Below are positions 38,883-53,360 of a stretch of 64,000 nucleotides of DNA, piece after piece (position 1 is the first letter of the stretch; each line of letters opens with the position of its first letter). The DNA lies in NCBI GenBank assembly GCA_011109175.1, contig RDEW01000002.1:1594111-1658110 (forward strand), in the 5' to 3' direction. Below the pieces are notes generated by a model that saw only the letters and a list, made by a program, of their open reading frames with translations, made no database searches and had not been told where the DNA came from. The DNA is from Dicyema japonicum. Its lineage: Eukaryota > Animalia > Dicyemida. Both the position numbers and the translations under genes were made by a program.

Positions 38883-39688
38883 GTTTAGATGATCTTAGTA
38901 TCTTAGAGCATTTTTGGCAAAATCAATCTCCTTTAGGTGTTCTTGTAAAAATTTATGAGTTTTTGGTAATTGCCTTTGAAATTCGTTCCAAGTTTTGCCT
39001 CTGGTTCTGATAGTTGAGAAAATACAAACTTGCCATAAATGAAGACAGCTAATACACAAAAATATTCATAATCTCCTCAAGGAAACATGGCTTAGTTGGA
39101 TTCTATGTATAGTATGACTTAGCAAATTCCAATAGCTTACCTCAGTTTTTCTGTTATCCCATAATAAAGCAAGTTTGTGTATATAGGAAAAAGAGACCTC
39201 AAATTTCTGGTTAAAAAAATACCTTTGGAGAAATTTCTTTTCTGCTTTATATAAAAATTTAATTATGAATGTTTCCTCTCTGGTTGTCTCAAATTATGTA
39301 AACTTAGGATTATTCTGATTTTGTTGACTTGGGAAGGAATTGTAAGTAAAATATGTTCAATCTGTTACGATCAAGAGGACTCTTAAAAGTTTGTTGGTCA
39401 ACCACAGAATGTTCAAGGGAGTAATGTTGGTTAAGTTATAATTGATCTCAAACGAAAGTACTTTGAGCTAGAAGATAACATGAAGCAGTTAATGGAACCA
39501 CAGTATAGATTTAAGAGTAGCTGGACAATAGTGAGCGGTAGAAAGAGCAATGCACTGGCTCAATTCAAGGAAGTTGAACAAAACGTGATGCAACCACTTA
39601 TTTTCGAGTAAGACATAAGTCTTATTCACAAACATAATTGAAATATAAAGAAAATAAAATAATTCCCCCGTCAAAAATATATTTCCAG

Positions 39689-41214
39689 TTAGAGTACTAA
39701 AATAAGAATTAAAGCCACAAAATGCAAATAGAAGCCGACAGACCTAAAAATAACGACATTCTCACCAATAAATTTCAAATGTACCATATAATGAGAGGAC
39801 GATGTAGGGGATGGAAATGTATCCAATTGATACGAGAGTCCACACTGTTTGGACAGATTTTGATAACATTGAAGGGATATTCATTCGTTTGCTGAACTTG
39901 TAAATCTACACGTGACCCACTGTCATACTTTAATAGTTGCATGCAAAAATATGTAAAAGTTCAGAAAGAAAATGTAATATCCTGGGTAGACTCCATGCCA
40001 GGCAGCCATACAGATAACCAATTTGACCCGTTTATACGGAATATTTCTACTGTAGAGGATGTAGCGGATCCATTTCACTGTTGTCATGTTCCAACTAGCA
40101 ACAGCCTTCTGCATGTGAGAAGCAAACTAAGGTGGGACTCCAAAACTACCTCAAAACCAAAAATATCAACGTTTGTCGTCATGGACCACTTGTCGGTTTC
40201 CTTGTCATATCCGAATCCTGCCAAATTAAACAGTCCATCGGCTAAATTGAAGACAATGTTATACAAAACATCCATATGTAGTAATACTTCACTCGAACCG
40301 CAAAGATGCACAAAAATGTGTAAAAATAAAACCTAAAAAACGACACAACGGAATTTATTTCCTTAGATTTTTCTGGGGGATAACAAAAAGAAAGACCATA
40401 TATCCACCATGGTGTTCTGTAGTCTACTAAATACCTCGATAGCTGAATAATTAATGTCGAAGAAATCAACTTCTTTAAAACAACTTTTATGGGTAACTTT
40501 GGTTTCTTTGATGAAATAAGCAAACTACCTCATTGGATTCTAAGTATTCTACGTAGTCGTTGAAATGGAAGAAAGGCCCTAAGATTACTCCATGGAAAGA
40601 GAAAATATATCCAAGGATTTGTAACAAGGATGGAGGTTCTCTACGATTCAATATATGAGGACTTTAGAACGTATTTCTTGTTTACTTCTTCCACATTATG
40701 GTGACCATCGTGGCATGACATAACTAAAGCAGTTAATTTTTGGGTTGAAATCATCATTGGACTAACAATAAGTCTCCAAATACAAACATAACAATGCCAA
40801 CTGTGGATAAACGCTCATAATTTTCCCACGTAGTTTTGAAATGTAGTACCTCCAAATATACGAAAGATACGACGAGTGAGCAGGAGACCTTTCCAGTGTG
40901 TGGTACGTACAATATTATCAAATATATTATCAGTGATTGAGCTACCATGTGGAATCCTTCTCTGAAATCATTAATATGAGAATTAACATTCCATCTGATT
41001 CATAAAGGATATAAAATCCTGCTAAAATAGAAAATATGTAGCGAAGAGTTATATTTCTGATCACATGGAAGCAAATTATTCTGCATATAAGGATATATAT
41101 GACATATTTGAAAATGTAGCGGAGCCCATAAATCATTATATTTATAATACTAATACTTGAGAAATGTTTTTCAAAACTAGAGAAAGGATGGTCAATACTT
41201 GAGAATCCATTCAC
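39689..41214 (-). CDS. MBOAT lysophospholipid acyltransferase, copy 3 (apparently intact; start uncertain)
   Basis: Same splice pattern as copy 2 and WHGVYPGYY present. No in-frame ATG occurs before MIYGLRY. Confidence 0.82.
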
Positions 41215-41449
41215 CGATTAATTTTATAATTTATTCATTTTTGTTTAAAAAAATATTTTTTTATTTATAAATTAAATTTTATAACAAAAATGAATTATTA
41301 ACTTTCAATTATGTATACAATTTCAACAAACAATCATTGACGGGAGAAATATTTTTTATTAAAAAAGCATATATAAAAAACGAATAATTGAAATACGACT
41401 CAAAAACAAAGAAAATAATTATGGAAAGAATCAACCCTAATACATCGTT

Positions 41450-42400
41450 CACGAGCGGTCATTAATCGAATCAGGTCACTAAACATTCTTAATACGAAAA
41501 GCACAAACAACACCCAAAGGAAGAAACTCATGCGAATCTCTGCTGCATGAATAATCAAACCTCAATTTCCAACATGTGGAAGATGTTGAGGCGTCTGATG
41601 ATCCCAGAATACGAAGATAACAAAGAACAATGCCAGCTCAATCTGAATAAATTTATGAAACATTGTATTCGAATCAGTCACATTCCTTATAAAAAGATTA
41701 ACACAAAAACGAAAATAAAAAAGAAGCCATCCAAATTTGCCCCGTTGATTTATTTTTTTCCTAAAGATGTATCCAAAGCAATATCAAATCAGAAAAAAAA
41801 CAAACTCATGTGGCCCAGACGGAATTCCTCTTATTCTGATGAAACACTTGTGCCCATCATCAATAAATGCATTGATAATCATCTACAACACATCGCTGAA
41901 CATGAATACTATACCGATTTTATGGAAACTATCAAAAATTCGTCCAATATTGAAACCGGGAAGACCAAGAACGATCTCGGCTCTTACATACCAGTTTCCC
42001 TTATATGTGTTTTGTCGAGAATCCTGGAGAAACTGATCCTAAAAGTTATTCGACCTTCTGTCCCACACAATATTGAAACCGGGAAGACCAAGAACGATCC
42101 CGGCTCTTACATACCAGTTTCCCTTATATGTGTTTTGTCGAGGATCCTGGAGAAACTGGTCCTAAAAGTTATTCGACCTTCTGTCCCACAATTTACATTC
42201 CAACATGGCTTCAAGGAAGGATTATCAACAACCTCCTTCCTAACGAAATTAATGAAGTTCATAACTGAAGGAGACAAGAAAAAGCCAAAACAGGAAAAAT
42301 CGGTCATATGTACGATCGACATTCAAAAAGCTTTCGACTCTGTTCTAAAGAAGATCCTCATACGAAAAATCCTGAGAAGAAATATCCAGTTAGGGCAGCC
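41450..42400 (+). mobile_element. Jockey-like RT fragment
   Basis: SCGPDGI, SYIPVSLICVLSRILEK, QHGFKEGLST and DIQKAFDSV motifs. A related fragment lies at about 63520-64000. Confidence 0.8.
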
Positions 42401-42959
42401 GCTATGACAACCGTTTACTCTCCTTTAATTTTAAAGACTTTTTTTAATTCACGAAATAGATTCTCTTATTCTCTTTGTCATTTACATTCCTTAGCTGATC
42501 TGGATTTCATTCGAATGCTTATTTAGGCCTGTAAATAAATAAGCTGATCTGCAAAAAGAAATGTTCATGAATCAATCGAATTGAAAAGCCGTCGTAAATT
42601 TTGTCCAAAAGTTTGAAACGGTGACGTATTTCTATTGCACTAAATGTCTACTTATAGGTATGAAAGTTCGCGATAACCATGGACGACATTTATGTATTCC
42701 TCGTTTTTCTTGTTCGTGACTGGAACACGTATTACNTCTTATTCTCTTTGTCATTTACATTCCTTAGCTGATCTGGATTTCATTCGAATGCTTATTTAGG
42801 CCTGTAAATAAATAAGCTGATCTGCAAAAAGAAATGTTCATGAATCAATATAATTGAAGAGCCGCCGTAAATTTTGTCTAAAAGTTTGAAACGGTGACGT
42901 ATTTCTATTGCACTAAATGTCTACTTATAGGTATGAAAGTTCTCGATAACCATGGACGA

Positions 42960-45880
42960 CATTCATGTATCCCTCGTTTTTCTTGTTGGTGACTGGAACA
43001 CGTATTACGGACGAAAAATTAACAGGAATCCATAGTAGAGGAAAAATAAATTCTAATTATACTGAACTGACAGGTTTCTGCTGTGCATTTGACATCCTTT
43101 TGTGCAACACTGCGTTCAAGCACCCCGCAAGGAACATTACGACATGGGTAGGACAGATAAAAATTTGGAATGAAGTTTTTGTAGCCTGCTTTCAGGAAAC
43201 AAAAGTAAAAAAGGCGACTTGATGAAGTCGTGGAAGAATACAGAGTTATATTGCTAGAACCAAAATTCAGACACTTTGGACAGGGATTTGCTATTCACTA
43301 ACGTTACTCCAATGCGATTAACAGATGCTGGAGTGTAAGTTACAGGATCTCAGTTATTCAACTAAAGTTGGGCAAAACGCTGGCTACGGTAATCAACGCA
43401 TATGTCGACTATGGACATAGCATAAAGTGTCCAGATGAAGTAGAAAACTTTTACACGGCACTCGCGATGACCATGGACGATATTCACGTATCCCCCTCGT
43501 TTATCTTGTCGGTGACTGGAACACATAGTACGGACGAAAAATTCACAGGAATCCATAGTAGAAGTAAAAGAAATTCTAATGGTACTGCACTGGCAGGTTT
43601 CTGCTGTGCATTTGACCTCTTTTTCTGCAACACTGCGTTCAAGCACCCCGCAAGGCACATTACGAAATGGGTAGGACAGATAAAATTCTGGAATGGTGAG
43701 ATAGTTCCGGTTCACAATCAAGTTGATTACATACTGTTTAATCGTCAATTCAAGTGCATGCTTATGGACTCGAGATCTTATGGAGGCACTATTCTAATGA
43801 GTGATTATAATAGGTCATTTCTCGTTCTACAGTAGGAGAAAGTCAAGGAATTATCAAGAGAAAACAAACACAACCCTGAAAACTTGGCGGTGGAAAGTCT
43901 AAACATAAATAGTGTCACCCCAAGTGATTCGCTGATAAGATGGATGTCCTCGTCTTAAATTTGGAGTTGAGAAGCCCACCAGTAGTAACCAATGGACTTG
44001 GAAATATTGTATGGTTACTGTTGGAGGATATCTCAAACAGGCCACAATCGGCTTGTCTATATGACAAACAAGTCGACTTGCTATCAAGAACACATAGAAT
44101 ATGAGACTCCAAAACTGAGAATACAAAATGTCCAAAAAAAGAAAGCATTATTTAAAAAAGGATCTCTATTTTGCAAAACATAAAGAAAAGAGTACACTTT
44201 CTCTACGAAAAAACAATTGAACAGTACGCAGAGGAAATTGAGGAACTTAATTTTGGCCCGAAAATGTTTAGAGCAACCCGGCTTTTAAACAAAACGGAGA
44301 AACCTAAAGGATTGATTGGGAATAACATAAAAGGAAGACGAATGTCGAGACAAAAAAAGAAGTTGCAGAGAAAATTTCTGATCACTTTGAATTGCTCCTC
44401 AGGAATAACGACGAACGCATAACTCAGTTTGTCGGACACTCCAGATCATTGACTAAGCCAATTACGGTAACTGTTCTTTGCTTAAACTAAGGTGTGTGTT
44501 CTGCCTGCGGGAAGCGATAACTGATATGGCTCCTCGGAATGTGCAAATATTATTATTACTGTGGCGGAGATACAAACAACTCTGCAAACGCTGAACAACA
44601 GCTGGACTCCGGGAATTAACGGTATCAATGAGAAACTTTTGAAACCTCCGCTGCCCTCACTGGCCCATCAACTATGTAGTATGCTAAACGACATTTTTAT
44701 GAAGCACATGCCTGTCCCACTAGGGCAGGGAATTCTGATACCTATACAGAAACCTGAGAAACCTGTTGAACCTGTAGAAAATCTCAGGACTATAATCCTT
44801 CTAACAACTCTACGAAAACTAATATCTATGATTGTTCTGGATAGGATTTCTCCTACTGTTGACGAATATTTGTCTCTGGGCCAACGAGGTTGAGGAATAG
44901 GAAGGTCCACCGCGGATATCGTATGGACACATTGATGGATATGCACCATAACAGATAGATTCAAGAAGGCTGTTCACATACTGGAGATTGATCTCTCCAG
45001 AGTGTCAGATGGTGTACTCAGAAAATAACTAATGCTGTTACTTGGTACGTTGCTGGACGAGGACGATCAAAGGATGATACGGGTCATACTTGCGAACACA
45101 GAAATACAAGTCTTGGTGGGTTCAGAGCTATCCTGTAAACTTGAGACACATTTTGGCACTCTTCAAAAAGTTTCTTTATTGCATACTATTTGTTATCTAC
45201 CCGGAACCTGCCTTTCGGGACTTACGGGCCAAAACTAGGACGACTTTGATCACAGAACAAATTTACGCAGATGACGTAGACTTTATTTCGAAGAACACAT
45301 AAGAGATCAGGACTGTTATAAATCAGCTCCGGGAGCATTCGCTGGATGGTTTCTGAAATTGACAAAACAAAAGACGGAGGTCACAACTGTAAAAGAGAAA
45401 CTCAATTGACATGAGAAATGGAAAACAAAGTCGGCTCACTACTCGATGATTGCAAAAATGCTATCGACTCTAGCACTTAAAAAACTAATGTCCACGTGGC
45501 TAAAAAATTCACACGTCTGGTGCGTTTATAAAATGCATTTATTCTGACCATTTTGCTGTACAACTGGGATTTGAATCAAACTTGTACTGAAAGCCTGAAA
45601 GCTTAACACAAAAAACAACTGAAATCCTTATTGGACATACACTATCCGAAGATGATCAGAAACCAGAACCTATACACTATCTGTAAATCTGTTCACTAAG
45701 TACCGGCCCATGTCGGAGCTGACCACGGACAACCCTTCTACTGACCATAAACAATGTCAAAATGCGACAGGAAAATGCTGATGACTTAGACGACCTCCGA
45801 AAATTCGCAATCTCAAATGGAGCGTGGAGGCGTCTGACTGCAAAGATTATCCGGGGTGCAGCACAAGCGACGTCAATGGA
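42960..45880 (+). mobile_element. Long degenerate RTE-like element (APE + RT + 3' end)
   Basis: CNTAFKHPARHITKW, NQVDYIL, DSRSYGGT..SD, PIQKPEKP..NLRTIILL and YADDVDF motifs. Confidence 0.85.
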
Positions 45881-47632
45881 TTAACTTTTTTGTTTCAAAC
45901 GCGCATACTAATAGTCCACTTCGTTACTACTGAGAAAACTAAATGTCCCCTAATTATGGAATATCTTACGGATTGCCACCGGGCCTTCCTCAAGATGACA
46001 AAGTTCCTTACCATCGCCTCAAGCCAGACATCAGACCATATCTTGTCGCTTGCATCAAACTATATATAGATAAGAGTAGAAACCAGCACTCCAAAACTAC
46101 CGCAGGAAAAGGACTGATATGGACATCGGATCACTAATAACTCTCACCTTCTTTTTCGTGATTTCGGGGTTAATAAAATATCGTTGCTGGAAAATGGGTA
46201 CATTTATCTAGAGAACCATTAGATCTCTCGTGAACTATGTATTCAAAAGCTTCTTATAGCATTGTCGTATTGGGGTGCACCAAACACAAAATTATACTTC
46301 ACATTGTGCAAGTTAAATTTTGATCTCTTTTAAGTGAGGATCAGTCAAAAACCCTGATTTGATCCTCATATTGTCATATATATTATATTTGTGAATGTGA
46401 AGTTTCGACCTTTTCTAACTCGGAAGTAAAAGTGAACTATCCGCTACCATGCGAAATATCTCCTTTTTGGTCTGCAGTGACTTTCCCGACCCCCATCTAC
46501 ACAGTCGAATAAGAGAGACATGGAATAGAATTTCGATTAATTCGAAAAGCGAAGAAGGCTGAAATTAGGAGATTGGAACTCATCTGGAGATATTTTAAAG
46601 AACCCTAATCAGGGAGGACACGGTAAGAAAGCGTGTTTGTCACTCTTGGAGAAACGGGAGAGAAGAGACAACACAATACTACGGAAGATAAAGAGACTTT
46701 GGGGAGTTTACGAAAGAAAGGATCTTTGAGTTGATTAAATTATCAAAGAAGAGACAACACAATACTACGGAAGATAAAGAGACTTTGGGGAGTTTACGAA
46801 AGAAAGGATCTTTGAGTTGATTAAATTATCAAAGTAGAAGAAAGTGGATGTGATGGGATGTATAACCTTTTTCTAGAAAGTTGACTTTAATCCTACCATC
46901 TTACTAAGAAATTGTCAATTCGAAAAGAGTGCACTTAATTCGAGTGATTCTATAGGGAGAGCTCTTATTTTATCCCTTAGGGACTCACGACACTAATCTA
47001 TCAATTAGGAAAATGGAGATAATCCAGCTTCAGCATAAATAGCTGTGAAGGAATCCGACGGGTTGATATTTTCTGAAACAACTAGATATGTTACTAATGT
47101 GCTGCCAAGTTGAACTTAATAGAATGGATGGTCATCGATACCTTGGGTCCTGGAAGATAATCCAGCTTCAGCATAAATAGCTGTGAAGGAATCCGACGGG
47201 TTGATATTTTCTGAAACAACTAGATATGTTACTAATGTGCTGCCAAGTTGAACTTAATAGAATGGATGGTCATCGATACCTTGGGTCCTGGAATATAAGA
47301 TCAATGTCTAGAAGGGTAACTTACAGTAGAGGATCAATAATCAGTGTGATGCAAAACTCAACCACGTTATTAAATCACGTTCTAGCTATTAGACTGATCA
47401 ATAGTATTATGAAGATATTAACAATTATTTAATCAAAGGAAGCAATCATTCCTGTTCAGTTTCCAGAATAATATCACTCCTTGTTGGTTACTGCAGGGGA
47501 ACATAGTGTTGAAACAGCATCGCGAGCACTTTTTATAAACATAATCAAATACACGCATATGAGATGATCCCACAAATAAAATGAGAGCGTGAGTACAACA
47601 AGGGTCGGTCCCTGTGGATAACTTGATATCAT

Positions 47633-48755
47633 CTATATTATGACAACCGAAGGGGGTACGCCCGTTCGAGAAAGTAAATTAAACGAGAAACCAAATTTGA
47701 AATCAAAGCAACATAGCACACAACCCCTCAATTGTNTTATGTTGTCCGGCCCAGCACTCTTGTTGTTCTTCAGTTTATTTATCGCTAATTCAACCTCTTC
47801 CACTGTGATTGGGATTTTTAGCGCTTTTGCTTCTCCTTGGAAAGGGGGAAAGTCATTATTTTCTTTATTCAACAGTGTTTCGAAGTGTCGTGCAATCAAT
47901 TCTGCTTTTTCTTTCGGGTTATCCACAAATTTTCCATCTTTGTCTTTGATGTGAAGGATGTTTTGTCCTTTCTTTATCCGCAGCAGCCGTAAAGCCGCAT
48001 ACATCCGTGATTTGTCTTTTAGGCATTCCACATCTTTTAATAGAAATGTAATAATTTCCCGTGAGTGTTTTCTGTTCATCTTTTTGATTTTCCACTTTAG
48101 TTCCCTTTGTTGGATATTAAGCTCTTTTTTTTACTCTCGTCTGACGTGTTTGCCGCTTTTAGTCGTAGCTCTCTGCAATGTTTTGCCATATCTGGCACGT
48201 TCGGGTGGTGATCCAATTTTAGGGCGTGATGATTTTGGACTCCAAGGCATATAATGGCCGACTTGGAGATTGCCTGTTGGAGATTGTATGCATTAAATAT
48301 TTTCAAATTTGTTTTCAAGAATTTTCTCTCGCTCCGTATGTTTTCCATTTTTTCTACATTATGACCCTCCTGTGCTTCATGTGATCACTGTCTCCAAGTA
48401 AAGATCCCAATTTTCTTTTTTCCCTCCAACCTTCCTCACCATACTCAGGTTATCTTGTAATTGTTATAAACTCGGTCTTTCATGTTGACGGTCAAAACCC
48501 AGTATTTTCATTCATTGGAGATTCCGCCCGATAACCGTTCCAATTCACAGTTATTTTAACATAAAAAATCAATATCGTCGGCATAAAATATTTCCATGGC
48601 ATATGTCTTTCGCATCCTGAGAGATCTCAGATCTGCCTCAGGGTATACAATAAAGAGGACAGGCGAAAGCGAGTTACTCTGTGGTGTTCCAGTGGTCCTA
48701 TTTAAAACTCGGACAGTAAGTTTAGTCCCAGAAAGTAGTAAGCGAATCATTCTTG
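47633..48755 (-). mobile_element. RTE-like RT fragments
   Basis: ITVEEVELAINKLKNNKSAGPD, GTPQSNSLSPVLF and YADDIDF motifs. Confidence 0.75.
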
Positions 48756-48779
48756 GCAGTCTTTATTAGGGAAACTTGC

Positions 48780-49500
48780 AATAACAGTAATCTTCTGTCG
48801 ACTCCAAGAGCTTTCTGAAGAACAAACAGTCTTGCCCATTTTCAATACGGAATTTTATTCGCGAGAGGAATACTCTGAAGGCGAATCACAGACGATGTGT
48901 TGATTTGTGGGACAGGACAAGCCTGAAAAGTAGAATTGATGTGATTCAAAAAATATTACAAAAAGCTTGGAAAGTAAACGCCGAAAATAAATTGACGAAT
49001 GCAGCCTCGAAGGTTAACTGAAAGAACCCTTGTTTCTGGAAAATGTACAGAAGGCTAACTGATGGAAATTTATAGGCAAAAAATATTGTGCTGGCCGTTC
49101 AAGAGGGAAGGACAATTCCCTTGGAAAGAGTACTCACAGTATTCAGAAAACAACTGGGAAATATACAAAGAGTTAACCCTGTTATTATTATACCTGAGAA
49201 AATTTCAGAAGAGATATCTAATTATATGGATTACTCTATGGGCGATCTGGAAAGTCTGGTAGAGGAAATCACTCTGGCAGAAGTCAGAATTTCTATACGC
49301 GAGTGCAAACACAAGGCTCCTGGATTCGATAGCATTCCAATGACTATGTTTAAAGAAGCCGTTATGGAAGCGTGCTATTGTGAAGATGATCCTCAAACCT
49401 GGAAAGTCAAGAAAAGGTCTTTTAGTTATAGGCCAATATGCCTTATATGTTCTACATCAAAGATTATGGATCGGATTGTATTCAAGAGATTGAATCAGTA
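48780..49500 (+). mobile_element. Fragment of the same LINE family as 33007-37418
   Basis: Collinear with 35360-36310 (PCFWKMY, ECKHKAPGFDSIP, SYRPICLIC). Confidence 0.75.
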
Positions 49501-49502
49501 AA

Positions 49503-50720
49503 GTGCAACCTCCATTTGGGGCGGACCTCCTCATTGGGGCACATCTATTTTTGGGCACCCCCAGGTTTTGGGGCAGTTTGAAAATTAGATCATTTTTATA
49601 CAGTAATTGTATTCAAGAGATTGAATCGGTAAAGTGCAACCTCCATTTGGGGCGGACCTCCTCATTGGGGCACATCTATTTTTGGGCACCCCCAGGTTTT
49701 GGGGCAGTTTGAAAATTAGATCATTTTTATACAGTAATTTCCAAAATTTGGAAATTACCTGAACCTCTTAGTGGGGCTCTTAATTTTTTTAATTTATATA
49801 AAGTCTTGCAATTTTTTTTTATACAAAAATTTTTTTTAACAATTAAACAAATGTCAGTTGAGGAAGCCTGCTGCGTGGATTGCGTCGAGTTCTCTCGGAG
49901 TATGGCTATTCCAATCTTTTGTCTTAGCCATAACCCTTCTAGCAATTAATATTAAATTTAATTATATAAAATTTTCTTAAACTTCGCGTGCTAGATTTGC
50001 GTTTTTGTTGTCATGGGGAGGAAGCTTACTCTGGAGTTAAAGCTTAAAATTGTCCAAGAAATCAACGAAAATTGTTTCATGAGCGAACGAGATATTGTCA
50101 AAAAGTATAAAATTAGTAAAGGTTATCTGATAATTCTATTTTTTAGGAGCAGTATCAAGAATTAAACAAAATTATATGAACTTTATAAATAATGGGTCCG
50201 TACAATCAAATTGTCTTAGTCAAATTTCACGGAGAAGAGACAGTCTGTCAAGAAATTCGATAAAATTGTTTATGAATGCTTTTTTAAAGCAAGGGAAGAA
50301 TTTATTCCCGTTTCAGNNNNNNNNNNNNNNNNNNNNNNNNNNNNNNNNNCGAGATATTGTCAAAAATTATAAAATTAGTAAAGGTTATCTGATAATTCTA
50401 TTTTTTAGGAGCAGTATCAAGAATTAAACAAAATTATATGAACTTTATAAATAATGGGTCCGTACAATCAAATTGTCTTAGTCAAATTTCAGAGTGGAGA
50501 CAGTCTGTCACAGAAATTCGATAAAATTGTTTATGAATGCTTTTTTAAAGCAAGGGAAGAATTTATTCCCGTTTCAGGACCTATTTTTAAAAACATTGCT
50601 ATAAAAGTAGCTAGGAATTTGAACTATACCTCAATTTGTTTCCTGAAGCTTTGAAAAATTATTATAATTTCAGAAAAATATTAGGAATGCAAATGAAAAA
50701 ATTTCATACGAGCGATTTTC
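49503..50720 (+). mobile_element. pogo/Tigger-like 5' region, internally deleted, with a 25-nt intron in the HTH
   Basis: MGRKLTLELKLKIVQEI..SERDIVKKYKISK|GAVSRIK with intron 50122-50146, then IPVSGPIFKNIAIKVA. Subterminal TTTTGGGGCAC motifs as at 5540-5560. Confidence 0.75.
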
Positions 50721-50819
50721 CGTCAGTGAACGGAAAGATAGTTAACCCATCCGGTCTTTTCCCATCTCCGGGGTCCAATCTCACGGGCTCCAGTACTGCC
50801 GGGATGCATGCCGCTTCAA

Positions 50820-51385
50820 GGACTCAGCACGTCGAAGATATTCTTGAAGTAGACATCATCCCAGTCACGTTGCCTCGAAGGATCGTTCGGCATATCCAAA
50901 CCAGTTTCACACCATTCGCGACGAGCTTCGTCGAAGACTTTTTCCCAAGAAAGTCCAGTTGGAAAACGTAGGATATCTTGAACCAAAAGGCTTCCACTTG
51001 AGAGTGATTACACATATGCTGGATAGGTGATCTCAGCGCCGACCTGATACCCGTAACTCCGAGGCGTGTAGGATTCCTATATATAGTATAAATTAGCAAA
51101 TTCCTGGATATATAGTCGATATCATCTGCATAAATCACTTCAGTTTGAAATAAGTCGCCAATTAATAGTCTGAAGTCTCTGAGTGCCGCTTCCAGATATG
51201 CCACACAAAGAACCGGTGACAAGGAATCTCCCTGCGGTACCCCGTACATTGTCTCGATTGGGACAGACTCCAAATTTCCAAAACGTACACGTAGTTGCGT
51301 TGTTCCGAGTAATAGAAGGATTATTCTGACACTGTACTTGTCAACCAAATTCTCCAAGATATCGATAAGTTTTCCTTTGTGAATG
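50820..51385 (-). mobile_element. RTE-like RT core fragment
   Basis: GVPQGDSLSPVL..YLEAALRD and YADDIDY motifs. Confidence 0.75.
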
Positions 51386-51389
51386 TGAT

Positions 51390-51530
51390 AGATATCCTGA
51401 TATGCAGAATAATTTGCTTCCATGTGATCAGAAATATAACTCTTCGCTACATATTTTCTATTTTAGTAGGATTTTATTTCCTTTATGGAAGATATAGAAT
51501 GTTATTTCTCATATTAATGATTTCAGAAAA
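51390..51530 (+). pseudogene. MBOAT exon 1 / intron 1 fragment
   Basis: Matches 11165-11300 and is inverted relative to the adjacent copy 4. Confidence 0.75.
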
Positions 51531-51832
51531 AGTATGTTAGTAGACCACAGAATGTTCAAGGGAGTGATGTTGGTTAAGTTATTATTGACCTCAAACGAAA
51601 GTCTTTTGAGCGAGAAGATAACATGAAGCAGTTAATGGAACCACAGTATAGATTTAAGAGTAGCTAGACAATAGTGAGTGGTAGAAAGAGCAATGTAATG
51701 GCTCAATTCAAGGAAGTTGGACAATAACATGATACAACCACTTATTTTTGTGTAAGACACAAGTCTTATTCACAAACATAATTGAAATATAAATAAATTA
51801 AAATAATTCCCCCGTCAAAAATATATTCCCAG

Positions 51833-53360
51833 TCAGAGTACTAAAATAATAATTAAAGACACAAAATGCAACGAGAAGCCGACAGACCTAAAATAACGAC
51901 ATTCCTTACCAATAAATTTCAAATGTACTAATCAATGTGAGGACGACGTAGGGGATGGAGATGTACCCAATTGATACGAGAGCCCACACTGATTGGACAG
52001 CTTTTGATAACAATGGGGGGATATTCATTCGTTTGCTGAACTTGTACATCTACACTTGACCCACTGTTATACTTTAATAGTTGCATGCAAAAACATGTAA
52101 AAGTTCAGAAATAAAATGTAATATCCTGGGTAGACTCCATGCCAGGCAGCCATAAAGAGAAACAATTTGATCCGTTTATACGGAATATTTCTACTGTAGA
52201 GGATGTAGCGGATCCATTTCACTGTTGTCATGTTCCAACTAGCAACAGCCTTCTGCATGTGAGAAGCAAACTAAGATGGGACTCCAAAACTACCTCAAAA
52301 CCAAGAATATCCACGTTTGTCGTCATGGACCACTTGTCAGTTTCCTTGTCATATCCGAATCCAACTAAATTAAACAGTCCATCGGCTAAATTGAAGACAA
52401 TGTTATACCTAACACCCAGAAGAAGTAGTGTTTCACTCTAACCGCAAAGATGCACAAAAATGCGCAGAAATAATACCTAAAAAACGACACAACTGAATTT
52501 ATTTCCTTAGATTTTTCTGGGGGATAACAAAGAGAGACACCGTGTATCCACCATGGTGTTCTGTAGTCTACTAAATACCTCGATAGCTGAGTAATTAATA
52601 ACGAAGAAATCAACTTCTTTAAAATAACTTTTATGGGAAACTTTGGTTTCTTACATGAAATAAGCAAACTACCTCATCGGATTCTAAGTATTCTACGTAG
52701 TCGTTGAAATGGAAGAAGGGACCCAAGAGTACTCCGTGGAAACAGAAAATGTATCCAAGGATTTGTAACAAGGATGGAGGTTCTCTACGATTCAATTTAT
52801 GAGGACTTTAGAACGTATTTCTCGTTTACTTCTTCCACATTATGGTGACCATCGTGGCATGACATAACTAAAGCTGTTAATTTTTGGGTTGAAACCATCA
52901 TTGGGCTAACAATAAGTCTCCAATGCAAACTTAGAAATGCCAATTGTTGTTAAACTCTCATAGTTTTCCCACGCAATTTTTAAATGTAGTATTTCCAAAT
53001 ATACGAAAGATAAGACGAATGAGCAGGAGACTTTTCCAGTGTGTGGTATGTACAATATTATCAAATATATTATCAGTGATTGAGCTAACACGTGGAATCC
53101 TTCTCTGAAATCATTAATATGAGAAATAACATTCCATATTCTCCATAAAGGAAATAAAATCCAGCTAAAATAGAAAATATGTAGCGAAGAGTTATATTTC
53201 TGATCACATGGAAGCAAATTATTCTGCATATCAGGATTTTTAAAACATATTTGGAAATGTAGAGTAGCCCATGAATCATTGTATTTATAATACTAATACT
53301 TGAGAAATGTTTTTCAAAACTAGAGAAAGGATGGTCAAAACTTGAGAATCCATTCGCCAA
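51833..53360 (-). CDS. MBOAT lysophospholipid acyltransferase, copy 4 (apparently intact; TTG or downstream ATG start)
   Basis: Same 9 introns and WHGVYPGYY motif; stop TGA at 51833-51835. Confidence 0.85.
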
